Assembly (NCBI GenBank): GCA_032250835.1
Contig: JAVVEA010000015.1
Span: forward strand, 22,758-86,757
Origin: a bacterium
GTDB taxonomy: Bacteria; SAR324; XYD2-FULL-50-16
Length of the DNA: 64,000 nucleotides
Reading direction: 5' to 3'
Shown here: positions 55,960-64,000 of the stretch, piece by piece
How positions within the stretch are numbered: position 1 is the stretch's first letter
Layout: each line of letters begins with the position of its first letter
Made by a program: the position numbers and the translations under genes
Notes under the pieces: model-generated
Databases searched by the model: none
What the model was told of the DNA's origin: nothing
What the model saw: only the letters and a program-made list of their open reading frames with translations

Positions 55960-57645
55960 ATGGCAGGCATGAAGATGGGGATGGAGATGCGGATGAGCCA
56001 ACAGCTCATCATGACCCCCCAACTCCAACAGGCCATTAAGTTATTGCAGCTTTCCAGAGTGGAACTGCAAGAATTGATCGACCAAGCTTTGGTGGAAAAC
56101 CCCACCTTGGAAGTCCAGGAAGAAGACGAGAAGGACGAGCCCAAAGAAGAAATAGGCGAAGCCAACAACTTGGTGGACGAGCAGAGCCAACTGAGTATCG
56201 ACGAAGAATGGCAACACTACGTCGAAGCGGGCGCAGGCGTGATCCAAGAGGTCCGCAACCACGAGCCCGACGAAGACTCCAACCCCCTAGAAGCGACCAT
56301 CAGCCGCACCGACACCTTGGTGGACCACCTCCTTTGGCAGTTGGACATCAGCCGCTTAAATGAAGTGGAACACGAAATCGCCGAGTACTTGATCGGCAAC
56401 ATTGACGACGACGGCTACCTTTCGGCGACGCTGCGCGAGATGTTGGCGACCCTGCCGGACCTACGCAAGCTGGTGCAGAAGGCGCTAGAAGACAAAGCGG
56501 TGGCTCCTGCGGAATTCGACAAAGACCATCTTTTTGACACCCGCCACGACCTACGCCAGAAAAAAGAACCCACCAAAGGCAAACGCAAAAAGCCCCAACC
56601 CTTTGGCGAAGAAGGGGAAGAAGACGAGGATGACGAAGGTGAAGAGGACGCTGCCTTGGCGGGCATTCCCGACGAGGAATGCGCGGTTTTAGAGAATCTG
56701 TTGCTGCGGGTGCAAAAGTTTGACCCTCCCGGCGTGGGGGCCAGGGACCTCAAGGAGTGCTTGATCCTCCAGTTGAGCGCCTTGAAGCTGCAAGACAGCT
56801 TGGCCTTTGCGATCATCGACGAAAATATGGCCCTTTTAGAGCAAAAAGACCTCAAACGGATCGCCCGCCAGCAGAAGGCCGACATCGAGGAGGTGGTCGA
56901 GGCCTATCAGTTGATCACCGAACTAGAGCCCAAGCCGGGGCGTCCCTATGGCCGCGAAGTAACCCAGTACGTGATCCCCGACGTCTTTATTTACAAGCGG
57001 GGAACGGAGTATGTGGTCAGCATGAACCAGGACAGCTTACCGCGCCTGAGGATCAATCCCTTTTACCAAAATCTGATCAACGAGCAGAAGCTTAAAGAGG
57101 CCCAAGCAGCGGCCAAAAAGGCGGACGGTGACGGCACCGCCGAAGACATGACGACGCTTTACTTGCAAGAGAAGATCAAAGCCGGTGATTGGTTGATGAA
57201 GTCGATCGAACAACGGCAAAAGACCATTTTTCGAGTGGCTAAGTCGATTTTAAAGTACCAATACGAGTTTTTTGAAAAGGGGATAGACTACCTCAAACCC
57301 TTGGTGCTTAAAGACGTGGCTGAGGACATTGAAGTCCACGAATCCACCGTTAGCCGAATCACCACCAACAAGTACGTATACACGCCTCAGGGGATTTTCG
57401 AACTCAAGTATTTCTTCACCAGTGGCATCGGCCAAGAGGACGGGGATGTGATCAGTTCGAAGAAGATCAAAGACTACATTAAAAAGCTGATCGACAATGA
57501 AGACAAGAAGAAACCCTTGACTGATCTCCAAATTAAAAACATTTTGAAGGAGAAGGAAGAGATCAAGGTAGCTCGGCGTACGGTTGCAAAATATCGCGAA
57601 GCCATGAATATCTTGCCGAGCAACAAACGAAAGCAGCTTTACTGA
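55960..57645 (+). CDS. rpoN: RNA polymerase sigma-54 factor
   Basis: MTPQLQQAIKLLQL, FDPPGVGARDLKECL, HESTVSR, ELKYFF, RpoN box ARRTVAKYRE. Confidence 0.96.
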   Translation: MAGMKMGMEMRMSQQLIMTPQLQQAIKLLQLSRVELQELIDQALVENPTLEVQEEDEKDEPKEEIGEANNLVDEQSQLSIDEEWQHYVEAGAGVIQEVRNHEPDEDSNPLEATISRTDTLVDHLLWQLDISRLNEVEHEIAEYLIGNIDDDGYLSATLREMLATLPDLRKLVQKALEDKAVAPAEFDKDHLFDTRHDLRQKKEPTKGKRKKPQPFGEEGEEDEDDEGEEDAALAGIPDEECAVLENLLLRVQKFDPPGVGARDLKECLILQLSALKLQDSLAFAIIDENMALLEQKDLKRIARQQKADIEEVVEAYQLITELEPKPGRPYGREVTQYVIPDVFIYKRGTEYVVSMNQDSLPRLRINPFYQNLINEQKLKEAQAAAKKADGDGTAEDMTTLYLQEKIKAGDWLMKSIEQRQKTIFRVAKSILKYQYEFFEKGIDYLKPLVLKDVAEDIEVHESTVSRITTNKYVYTPQGIFELKYFFTSGIGQEDGDVISSKKIKDYIKKLIDNEDKKKPLTDLQIKNILKEKEEIKVARRTVAKYREAMNILPSNKRKQLY

Positions 57646-57675
57646 TCTTTAAAACCAAAAGGCTATCTTCATACC

Positions 57676-58071
57676 ATGGGAAAGACGCTCGAAGATTTGA
57701 TCGATTACGCTCACCGGATGGGCCTACAGATCAATAAAACCGACCTGGACGAAAGCTTGATCGTCGTTGCCGCTGAACACCGGGGCATCAGCAATCTAGT
57801 GATCGACTGCGAAGATTCCATTGTGATCTTAGAACAACCCCTGTACCGTATCCGCAACCAAAATGCTGAACATTTTAAGCGGTTGTTGACGATCAACCGT
57901 GAATTAGTTCATGGTGCCTTCGTGATGGACCCGGCGGGGGATTGGATCCTCTTCCGTGATACCTTGGAACTCGAGAACTTGGATTTCAACGAATTTGAAG
58001 GCAGCGTCAACGCGCTGACTTTAGGCTTGGCCGAGTTTTCTCGGGAATTGCTCAATCTTAACGCAACCTAA
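57676..58071 (+). CDS. CesT/YbjN-like chaperone-fold protein
   Basis: LVIDCEDSIVILEQ, LLTINRELVHGAF, FRDTLELENLDFNE; adjacent to pspA. Confidence 0.75.
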   Translation: MGKTLEDLIDYAHRMGLQINKTDLDESLIVVAAEHRGISNLVIDCEDSIVILEQPLYRIRNQNAEHFKRLLTINRELVHGAFVMDPAGDWILFRDTLELENLDFNEFEGSVNALTLGLAEFSRELLNLNAT

Positions 58072-58074
58072 TCT

Positions 58075-58812
58075 ATGGCTGGCTTCTTCCAAAGATTATT
58101 TAGGCTCAGCTCTGCTGAAGCCCACGGATTGATCGACAAGCTCGAAGACCCGGTCAAGATGACCGAGCAGGGCATCCGCGAGTTGGAAAAACACCACCAA
58201 GAATCGATCAAGGCGCTTGCCGAGGTCAAAGCGGTGGTCAACAAACAACGCGCCGACCTAGAAAAAGCTAACATGGAGGCCCAGGACTGGAACGAGCGCG
58301 CTATGGCGCTACTCAGCCGAGGCCAAAGCGGTCAATTGCCTATGGAAGAGGCCGAGAAATTGGCCCGACAGGCCCTGGGCCGCAAAAGCGAAGCCGAAAA
58401 ACGCCGCGACCTAGCCCAGAAGGCGGTGGATCAGCATGGACAGACCGTAAACCGGGTGCAGTCGAAGGTCGATAAGCTGAAGGCCCAGATCGACCTATAC
58501 AAAAATGAGTTAAAGACCCTTAAGGCCCGCAGCAGCGCGGCTAAAGCGGCCACCAAGCTAGACAAACAACTAGCCGGGGCCGACCCGGACGGCACGGTGG
58601 CCCTACTCGAACGGATGCGTGAAAAGGTGGAGGACCAAGAAGCGCTTTCGCTGGCTTACGCCGATATGGCGGATCGACCCCAGTCGTTGGAAGAGGAAAT
58701 CCAGCGTGCTTTGGCCGATGAGCCGACCCCCAAGCAGCTTACTTCAGGCAGCCAGTCAGTCAAGGAAGATGACGAACTAGCGGCTTTGAAAGCACAGCTT
58801 GGGATGAACTAA
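58075..58812 (+). CDS. pspA: PspA/IM30 (ESCRT-III-like) family protein
   Basis: MAGFFQRLF amphipathic N-terminus, LEDPVKMTEQGIRE, coiled coil, ERMREKV, ELAALKAQL. Confidence 0.9.
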   Translation: MAGFFQRLFRLSSAEAHGLIDKLEDPVKMTEQGIRELEKHHQESIKALAEVKAVVNKQRADLEKANMEAQDWNERAMALLSRGQSGQLPMEEAEKLARQALGRKSEAEKRRDLAQKAVDQHGQTVNRVQSKVDKLKAQIDLYKNELKTLKARSSAAKAATKLDKQLAGADPDGTVALLERMREKVEDQEALSLAYADMADRPQSLEEEIQRALADEPTPKQLTSGSQSVKEDDELAALKAQLGMN

Positions 58813-58840
58813 GGAAAGGAAATCAAACGAGGAACGCGAG

Positions 58841-59179
58841 ATGAAAATGAAAAAGTCCCAGCTTATTGAGCAGTTGGTGCAGGAGATGGAGGATTTCGCC
58901 ATCGAGAGCAACAGCAAGCAAAAAACCGAGATCGCCCGCGAGACGGTCAACCTGTTTTTCAACAGCATTAAAGAAGCCGTCGGCAACGGTGACCGGGTTG
59001 AAATCCGGGGCTTTGGTAGCTTCACCACCAAAGAATACGGCGAGTATACAGGCCGCAACCCTAAGACCGGTGAAAAGGTTCGGGTTGCACCTAAACAATT
59101 GCCCGTGTTCCGGCCCGGCCGCGAATTGCGCGATATGGTCAACAGCAACCTTGAGCGCCCTGACAAGAAGAAAAAGTAA
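58841..59179 (+). CDS. ihfB: Integration host factor beta / HU family protein
   Basis: KSQLIEQL, GDRVEIRGFGSF, YTGRNPKTGEKV, PVFRPGRELRDMVN. Confidence 0.88.
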   Translation: MKMKKSQLIEQLVQEMEDFAIESNSKQKTEIARETVNLFFNSIKEAVGNGDRVEIRGFGSFTTKEYGEYTGRNPKTGEKVRVAPKQLPVFRPGRELRDMVNSNLERPDKKKK

Positions 59180-59209
59180 GCCGTCTTTTCTAGGCGGTTT
59201 GAATCCGCT

Positions 59210-59253
59210 GCCGGAGCCCTTCGCTCCGGCCGCGTTTCTCTCCTTTGTCTTTT
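59210..59253 (+). terminator. Probable terminator of the rpoN-ihfB string
   Basis: GCCGGAGC-CCTTC-GCTCCGGC followed by a pyrimidine-rich tail. Confidence 0.6.
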
Positions 59254-59305
59254 AGAAATCCTGCCCTTTTTCGGGATCCGTCCGCCCTGCCCCCGCCTGT
59301 TTTGC

Positions 59306-59711
59306 GGCGTGGAACCCCGGAACTGGTGGCCCTTGGTTCGGGTTCGCGCCCGGCACTGGGTCCCTATGAACGCTTGCCTCAGCCAGCCGCCCGTTGGGGA
59401 CGTCTTAACGCTGCAGCCGATGCCCCGCGCTTTGGGTGTTTTTCCCTCTTCTATTTTCCATAAAATACACACTCGCCGATTTCAGGATGGCATCGTTCAG
59501 TAAGCCTGACCGCTGCGGCGTCTTAATGGGTTCGACAGTCCAGGGTTTAGGGTATAAGCGGGATGCTCTTAGGAACGGACCTTTTGCTGCGCTTTTTGAT
59601 GGAGTGTGGCTGAAACGTTTCACAGTAGCCACCTTAAGCTAAGATGATAGCGACTGCCAGCAGCTAGAAGATTGCCGCCTTACAGCGTTGATTTGGCAGT
59701 TGGATTTATCA
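59306..59711 (+). other. Candidate structured RNA region (several long hairpins); family not recognised
   Basis: Nested stems paired by eye, with G-U wobbles favouring the + strand; no convincing ORF. Confidence 0.3.
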
Positions 59712-60120
59712 GGTTTGGGGGATTGGTTAAAAGCGTACGAGCAACGGATGGATGAATTCTAGCCTTTTAGTGTGAGGCCAAGGGGGCAACAGGCCAGCAG
59801 GGAAGTGATAGGGGTTTTTGGGTGCTCTCTTGGGTGAAGTGGACCTCGGTAGCTTTTAAAAGGCCTTTTAGGTCCTTTTTTAGGTGCTTTTTTAGTGGGG
59901 GGGGGCTTTGATTTGAGGTACCGCCGAAAATTCGAAGGAGATGGGGCCGCCCCTTTCGTCATCGGGGGATGGTAGGTCCTGGAACTCCAATAATTCCTGT
60001 GGTGGTTTAATCAACCCACGCCGTCTACCGGAGAGCCGGCGGGCGTCTTTAAAATCCACAGGGTCCACAGGAGCCTTGCAGACCCCCGGGCGAACCAAAG
60101 TCCGCCCGGTGGTGAGGAGG

Positions 60121-61887
60121 TTATTGGATCAAACGAATTGCGTGACCGCTGGCGTCACCCACTAAAAGCCCGTAAGCAGTCGCTAAAATTGCTTCGGGGC
60201 CATTAAATAGAGCTGCTGTACCGGTTCCGTCGGTGGAACCAACCGTCCCTGCCGTACCGGCCAAGGTCACGGTGTTACCCGTGCTGGTGTTCACCGTACG
60301 GACTGTGCTGCCCCCCAAACCTCCGATGGAAGTGACATAGGCATAGGTACCGTCACAGGTGATCGCGTAGGGGTAACTAAAGCCGGCGGTGGCACCGGTG
60401 CCATCGGTCGAGTCCGTCGCATTGTCTGCGCCCGTACCTGCCAGGGTCGAAACTGCGTAGGGAGAGCTCAGGCTGATACTGCGGATTTTGTTTCCATTAA
60501 ATTCGGCGACGTAAAGATTGTTGCCGTCCGTGGTGATTCCGGTGGGTGCATAAAAACTGGCCGCCAAAGGATCAGTAGAACTATTTGTAGCCCCGGAGGT
60601 ACCAGGAGTCCCAGCGAAGACGGACACCGTGTTGGTGCTTAAGTCTAGCTTGCTGATCATGTGGGCCCCGTAAGACGCAATGTATAAGGTGCCGTTCAAA
60701 TAAATTAAGTCATTCGGTAGGGGGATATTAGCCGCCGTACCGACGTCGTTATAATTTGCTCCTCCGCCCGCTATCGTCGTCACCTCACCGGTGGAGATCG
60801 AGATTTTGCGGATCAGGTTTGAGTTGTAATCGGCCACGTAAAGATTGCTGCCGTCGCTCGCAAGCCCTGCGGGGGAGTTGAACTGGGCTGCCGTACCAAT
60901 GCCGTCCGCCGAGCCCGCAGTACCTGAGCCAGCCAAGGTGGTTACTTGACCGCTCTTCCCGTCGAGTTTGCGGATCACATGTCCCGCAGAATCGGAAATG
61001 TAGAAATTTTGGCCGTCACTGGTTAGGCCCTTGGGCCGATTAAAGGTGGCGTTCGTGCGGTAGCCGTTATCGGTGCCCGCCGTTCCCGCCGTGCCGGCAA
61101 AAGTGGTTACCACCGCATTTAAGCTTAAGTTGCCGCCCGAATAGACACCGCCGCTAAAGCCGGTGCTGGCGATAGTGGTGACCTTGTAGTCCTGGGTGGA
61201 ACCGTCAAGGGCCGCCACCTGGTAGGTCACGTCGGAACTAAAGTTGTTGGCTGTGGTGCCGCTGACTTGTGCGGTGGTCCCGACCATAATGCTAGCGCCG
61301 CTGTAAGCGAAGGTTGGGATCAAAGAACTAAAATCGGTGGTGAAGGGTAAGGCGACACCGATGTCGGTGCCCGAAATCGTCCCGACGGCATTGCTGGTTA
61401 AGCCAGCATTGTTTGACTGAAGAAAGTCAAAGGACGAAATAGTATGGGTCGTATCGTCAATGGCGCTAGTCGTTGCCGTAGCGGGAACATATAGAGCACG
61501 AGAACCGCTTGGGTCCGCAACGATGACGTTGAAGTAATAAGCGGTTGCCTTTGAAAGCCCCGTAGCGGTCAGGGTGTCGATATCGGCCGTGGCATCGGCG
61601 ACGCTGGTGCCGTTGGTGGTTACGTCGTCTAGAGTGTTGAGGTTATCAGCAGTAGAATAATAAGCTTGATAGGTTAGCTCAGTAGTGGCCGTATCGGCGT
61701 CGGTGGCTTTGGTCCAGCTGATGGTCGCCTTGTTTCCGGTCACCGAAGAGGTCGTTATCGTGCCGTCCGAAACGACGGGGCCAGAAGCAGAAGCCTGGGC
61801 AACATCGGCGTCTTCCTTTTTACAAGAAGACAGGGTGAGCGCAAACACCAGTGCGCCAACTAAAACAGTGGATTTGAAGGCAATCAT
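60121..61887 (-). CDS. Surface lipoprotein: Fn3-like, Ig-like (DUF5018-like) and NHL-repeat beta-propeller domains
   Basis: Lipobox LSSC; ISWTKATD..YQAYYS..YYFNVIVAD; TYQVAALDGSTQDYKV; repeated FNxPxGLxSDGxNLYVAD...IRKI...VTTLAG. Confidence 0.85.
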   Translation of the reverse strand: MIAFKSTVLVGALVFALTLSSCKKEDADVAQASASGPVVSDGTITTSSVTGNKATISWTKATDADTATTELTYQAYYSTADNLNTLDDVTTNGTSVADATADIDTLTATGLSKATAYYFNVIVADPSGSRALYVPATATTSAIDDTTHTISSFDFLQSNNAGLTSNAVGTISGTDIGVALPFTTDFSSLIPTFAYSGASIMVGTTAQVSGTTANNFSSDVTYQVAALDGSTQDYKVTTIASTGFSGGVYSGGNLSLNAVVTTFAGTAGTAGTDNGYRTNATFNRPKGLTSDGQNFYISDSAGHVIRKLDGKSGQVTTLAGSGTAGSADGIGTAAQFNSPAGLASDGSNLYVADYNSNLIRKISISTGEVTTIAGGGANYNDVGTAANIPLPNDLIYLNGTLYIASYGAHMISKLDLSTNTVSVFAGTPGTSGATNSSTDPLAASFYAPTGITTDGNNLYVAEFNGNKIRSISLSSPYAVSTLAGTGADNATDSTDGTGATAGFSYPYAITCDGTYAYVTSIGGLGGSTVRTVNTSTGNTVTLAGTAGTVGSTDGTGTAALFNGPEAILATAYGLLVGDASGHAIRLIQ

Positions 61888-62307
61888 TTAAAGCTCCTTT
61901 CGTGTATATTTGCTGTATCGGACCATCCGACCCATTGCCGCTGCCATCACGCCTAAACCTGAGAATTCTTTGCGGGATGAGCTAAGGTTAGAGAAAACCT
62001 AGCCAGCGAATTTAACCTTTGCCAGAGCCTAGCAGAGGAGGGCAGCACCCTAGAAGAGGTGGGTTCCTCGGGTTTTTGTAGGAAAAATCACATGAAAAAT
62101 TAGGTTGGAATATCTGCTTAATGTTTCCATAAAATGTTTTGTTTTTGAGGGTCCTTCGCTCCGCAGTTTTCCGCATGGTCGATTGCGGTATACCTAAAAA
62201 AAACAGGCTACAAAATGGTAAATCCCTTGAGGAGAATCTTGTAAGTTGCTTATACTGGACAGGATCGTTCACAGAAAACCTTTATTCGTCGGTAGGGGCG
62301 TTGAGTC

Positions 62308-62952
62308 ATGAAAACAATCCGCGTTGCTATTGCCGATGACCATGCTTTAACCAGAAAAGGGATCGTTGGCCTGCTTTCTGAACATAAAGAATTTGAAGTC
62401 GTCGCTGAGCATGACTCCGTTAAAAGCATGATGCAGGACTTTTACCCAGAGCAATGCGACGTATTGGTTTTAGATGTCCATTTTGGGGATGGAAGCGGCA
62501 TTGAAGTGTTGCAGCACCTTAAGCTCCAGAAAAAGAACGTACCTGTTTTAGTGTTCAGTTATCATAGTGAAACTCAATTAGCGCTGCGGGCCCTAAAGGC
62601 AGGTGCAAATGGTTTTCTAAGCAAAACCGCCCCAACAGATGAAATACTCCAAGCCATTTTAAAGCTGGCAGCAGGAGGGACCTATTTAAGCCCGAGCATC
62701 GCGGCGGATGTTGCCCTGCAAGCGCTACAACAAGAAGATCATATTACCCCGCACAACGCCCTAAGCAACCGAGAGTTCCAAGTCCTCTGTTTGATTGGAG
62801 CCGGCCATACCCACAAGGAAATTGCAACGAAGCTAAGTATCAACGTCAAAACGGTCAGTACCTTTAAAGCCAGAGTTTTAGAAAAGATGGGCTTAAAAAC
62901 AACAGCTGAGCTGATTTCTTACGTGATCGACCATCGACTAGCCTTCCGGTAA
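62308..62952 (+). CDS. NarL/LuxR-family response regulator
   Basis: IADDH, VLDVHF, GANGFLSK, LSNREFQVL, KTVSTFKARVLEKMGLKT HTH. Confidence 0.92.
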   Translation: MKTIRVAIADDHALTRKGIVGLLSEHKEFEVVAEHDSVKSMMQDFYPEQCDVLVLDVHFGDGSGIEVLQHLKLQKKNVPVLVFSYHSETQLALRALKAGANGFLSKTAPTDEILQAILKLAAGGTYLSPSIAADVALQALQQEDHITPHNALSNREFQVLCLIGAGHTHKEIATKLSINVKTVSTFKARVLEKMGLKTTAELISYVIDHRLAFR

Positions 62953-63330
62953 GGCCACCGGATTTAAAGATAGGGAAGCGGTGGGCTCAAGTATTTATTC
63001 GTGCCGCTGGTTCAGGCCGAGATGACCTCCTTGTTGGTGTTAAGTGGCGGCATTTTGTGCGACTTTCCGCACACAAACCGGATGATTCCCCCTCTTTTGG
63101 AATAACTCAAGTTTTGCTAGGTTGGCGGCAATCAAAGGTCCTGCTGCGGGCTCCTCTTGCAGGACCGGGTTTGTCCCCAGGGCAAAGGTGGTGATGTATA
63201 AAAGCGCTGTGGCTCTGTTTCCATGAAAGAACACAGACTTTACCAAATAGATCGACTGACTATCTTGATTAAAAAATAGCCTTTCCCTTCTTTAAAAGAA
63301 TCATTTGGTCCGATGGATCAGATGATGCCC

Positions 63331-63362
63331 TCCAACCAAGGGGACCTTGCCCCTTGGTTGGA
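63331..63362. repeat. Perfect 13-bp inverted repeat
   Basis: TCCAACCAAGGGG-ACCTTG-CCCCTTGGTTGGA. Confidence 0.8.
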
Positions 63363-63719
63363 TTGGCGCTGCTGATTTTGCTCTAGGGCAGACCGGCGAT
63401 ACCTAACGGTGGACTGCTCGGCTTTGACCGGCTCCCTTTTCCTTAGTTGAGCTTGGCCCCAATCCCCCCCTTTCGCCCCCGCGCCGTCAAGATCCAAGAC
63501 CTAATCCCTACTCGCAGGACTGCCGTTGGGCAAACGTCCGCTGGCAAAACCCCGCCAATCAACAAAATTCTGCTTTTCTAGGCTTGCTTGCTCGGTTACA
63601 GTAGGGTGGTTTCCGTTTGTGCCAATAAATTCTCCGGATCAATAACTTAGGTAAAGAGCCTAAAGGAATGGATGGTACAACGAGGGTCAACCCTTTTGTT
63701 TATTTTAAGTTAGCCCAAA

Positions 63720-63959
63720 ATGACCATTAAATTCTGGCCAACCATTTTCCTCCTATTTGCCCTTTGGAGTCCTGGGCTCCAGGCTGCTAATGGGGACCTT
63801 CCCACCATCTCAATTGATCCCAAGGGGCAACGCCAGCAGGTCCAGCAAAACATGCGCCAGTATTTGGGTGACCCCCAAGGGGAGCTGAGCCCCGATCAGG
63901 TTTGGCAACGGATCGATCAGTTTATTATAGTGGACCCACTTGTCCAGACAACTTTTTGA
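63720..63959 (+). pseudogene. Truncated secreted protein resembling the start of a 7TMR-DISM extracellular domain
   Basis: Signal peptide, then QYLGDPQGELSPDQVWQRIDQF...TTF, then TGA; the frame continues open to the window edge. Confidence 0.45.
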
Positions 63960-64000
63960 TTAGACGATCTTCCTGATCTTTTTTTCTAAGCAATCTTCAG

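Noticed and set aside
59515-59545. tmRNA-like 5' motif GCGGCG...TGGGTTCGACAG
   Set aside because: No matching T-arm/CCA 3' end about 350 nt downstream and no tag frame ending in Ala-Ala.
63040-63200. Possible c-di-GMP-I riboswitch (GAAA-containing hairpin loop on the minus strand, GGCAAA nearby)
   Set aside because: The GGCAAAC...GACGCAAAGC consensus and second stem are not present in the right order or strand.
63957-63959. Selenocysteine or alternative-code readthrough of TGA
   Set aside because: No SECIS-like hairpin is evident downstream, and TGA is a normal stop in many genes here (pyrC, rpoN, ptsN).

Overview
A gene-dense chromosomal core segment (roughly 55% GC by eye). The gene set (class II DAHP synthase, sigma-54, PtsN, TonB system, Delta-type nuo genes) suggests a Gram-negative, probably deltaproteobacteria-like lineage; this placement is an inference. 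Housekeeping genes include aroF-II, panB, leuA, lon, miaA, pyrC, purF, hisC, nusB, anmK, nagZ, rpoN and ihfB, plus an amtB-porin-PII nitrogen operon. The main feature is an 11-gene complex I-like operon (nuoABCDHIJKLMN) with no NADH-oxidising nuoEFG module, followed directly by a fused 1524-aa pyruvate/2-oxoacid:ferredoxin oxidoreductase. Other oddities: a secreted pentapeptide-repeat protein of five Cys-capped modules, two catalytically degenerate GGDEF proteins that keep the RxxD site, a GGQ release-factor-like protein, and a stand-alone LarC C-terminal domain in a TonB operon. There is also an orphan UmuD lacking its cleavage site behind a Gram-positive-type SOS-box-like palindrome, anmK/nagZ start codons only 8 bp apart, an rpoN-CesT-pspA-ihfB string, and two long hairpin-rich intergenic regions (59180-60120, 62953-63719) that may encode structured RNAs. 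I recognised no rRNA, tRNA, CRISPR array, transposase or integrase. All calls come from reading motifs by eye; no searches were run.
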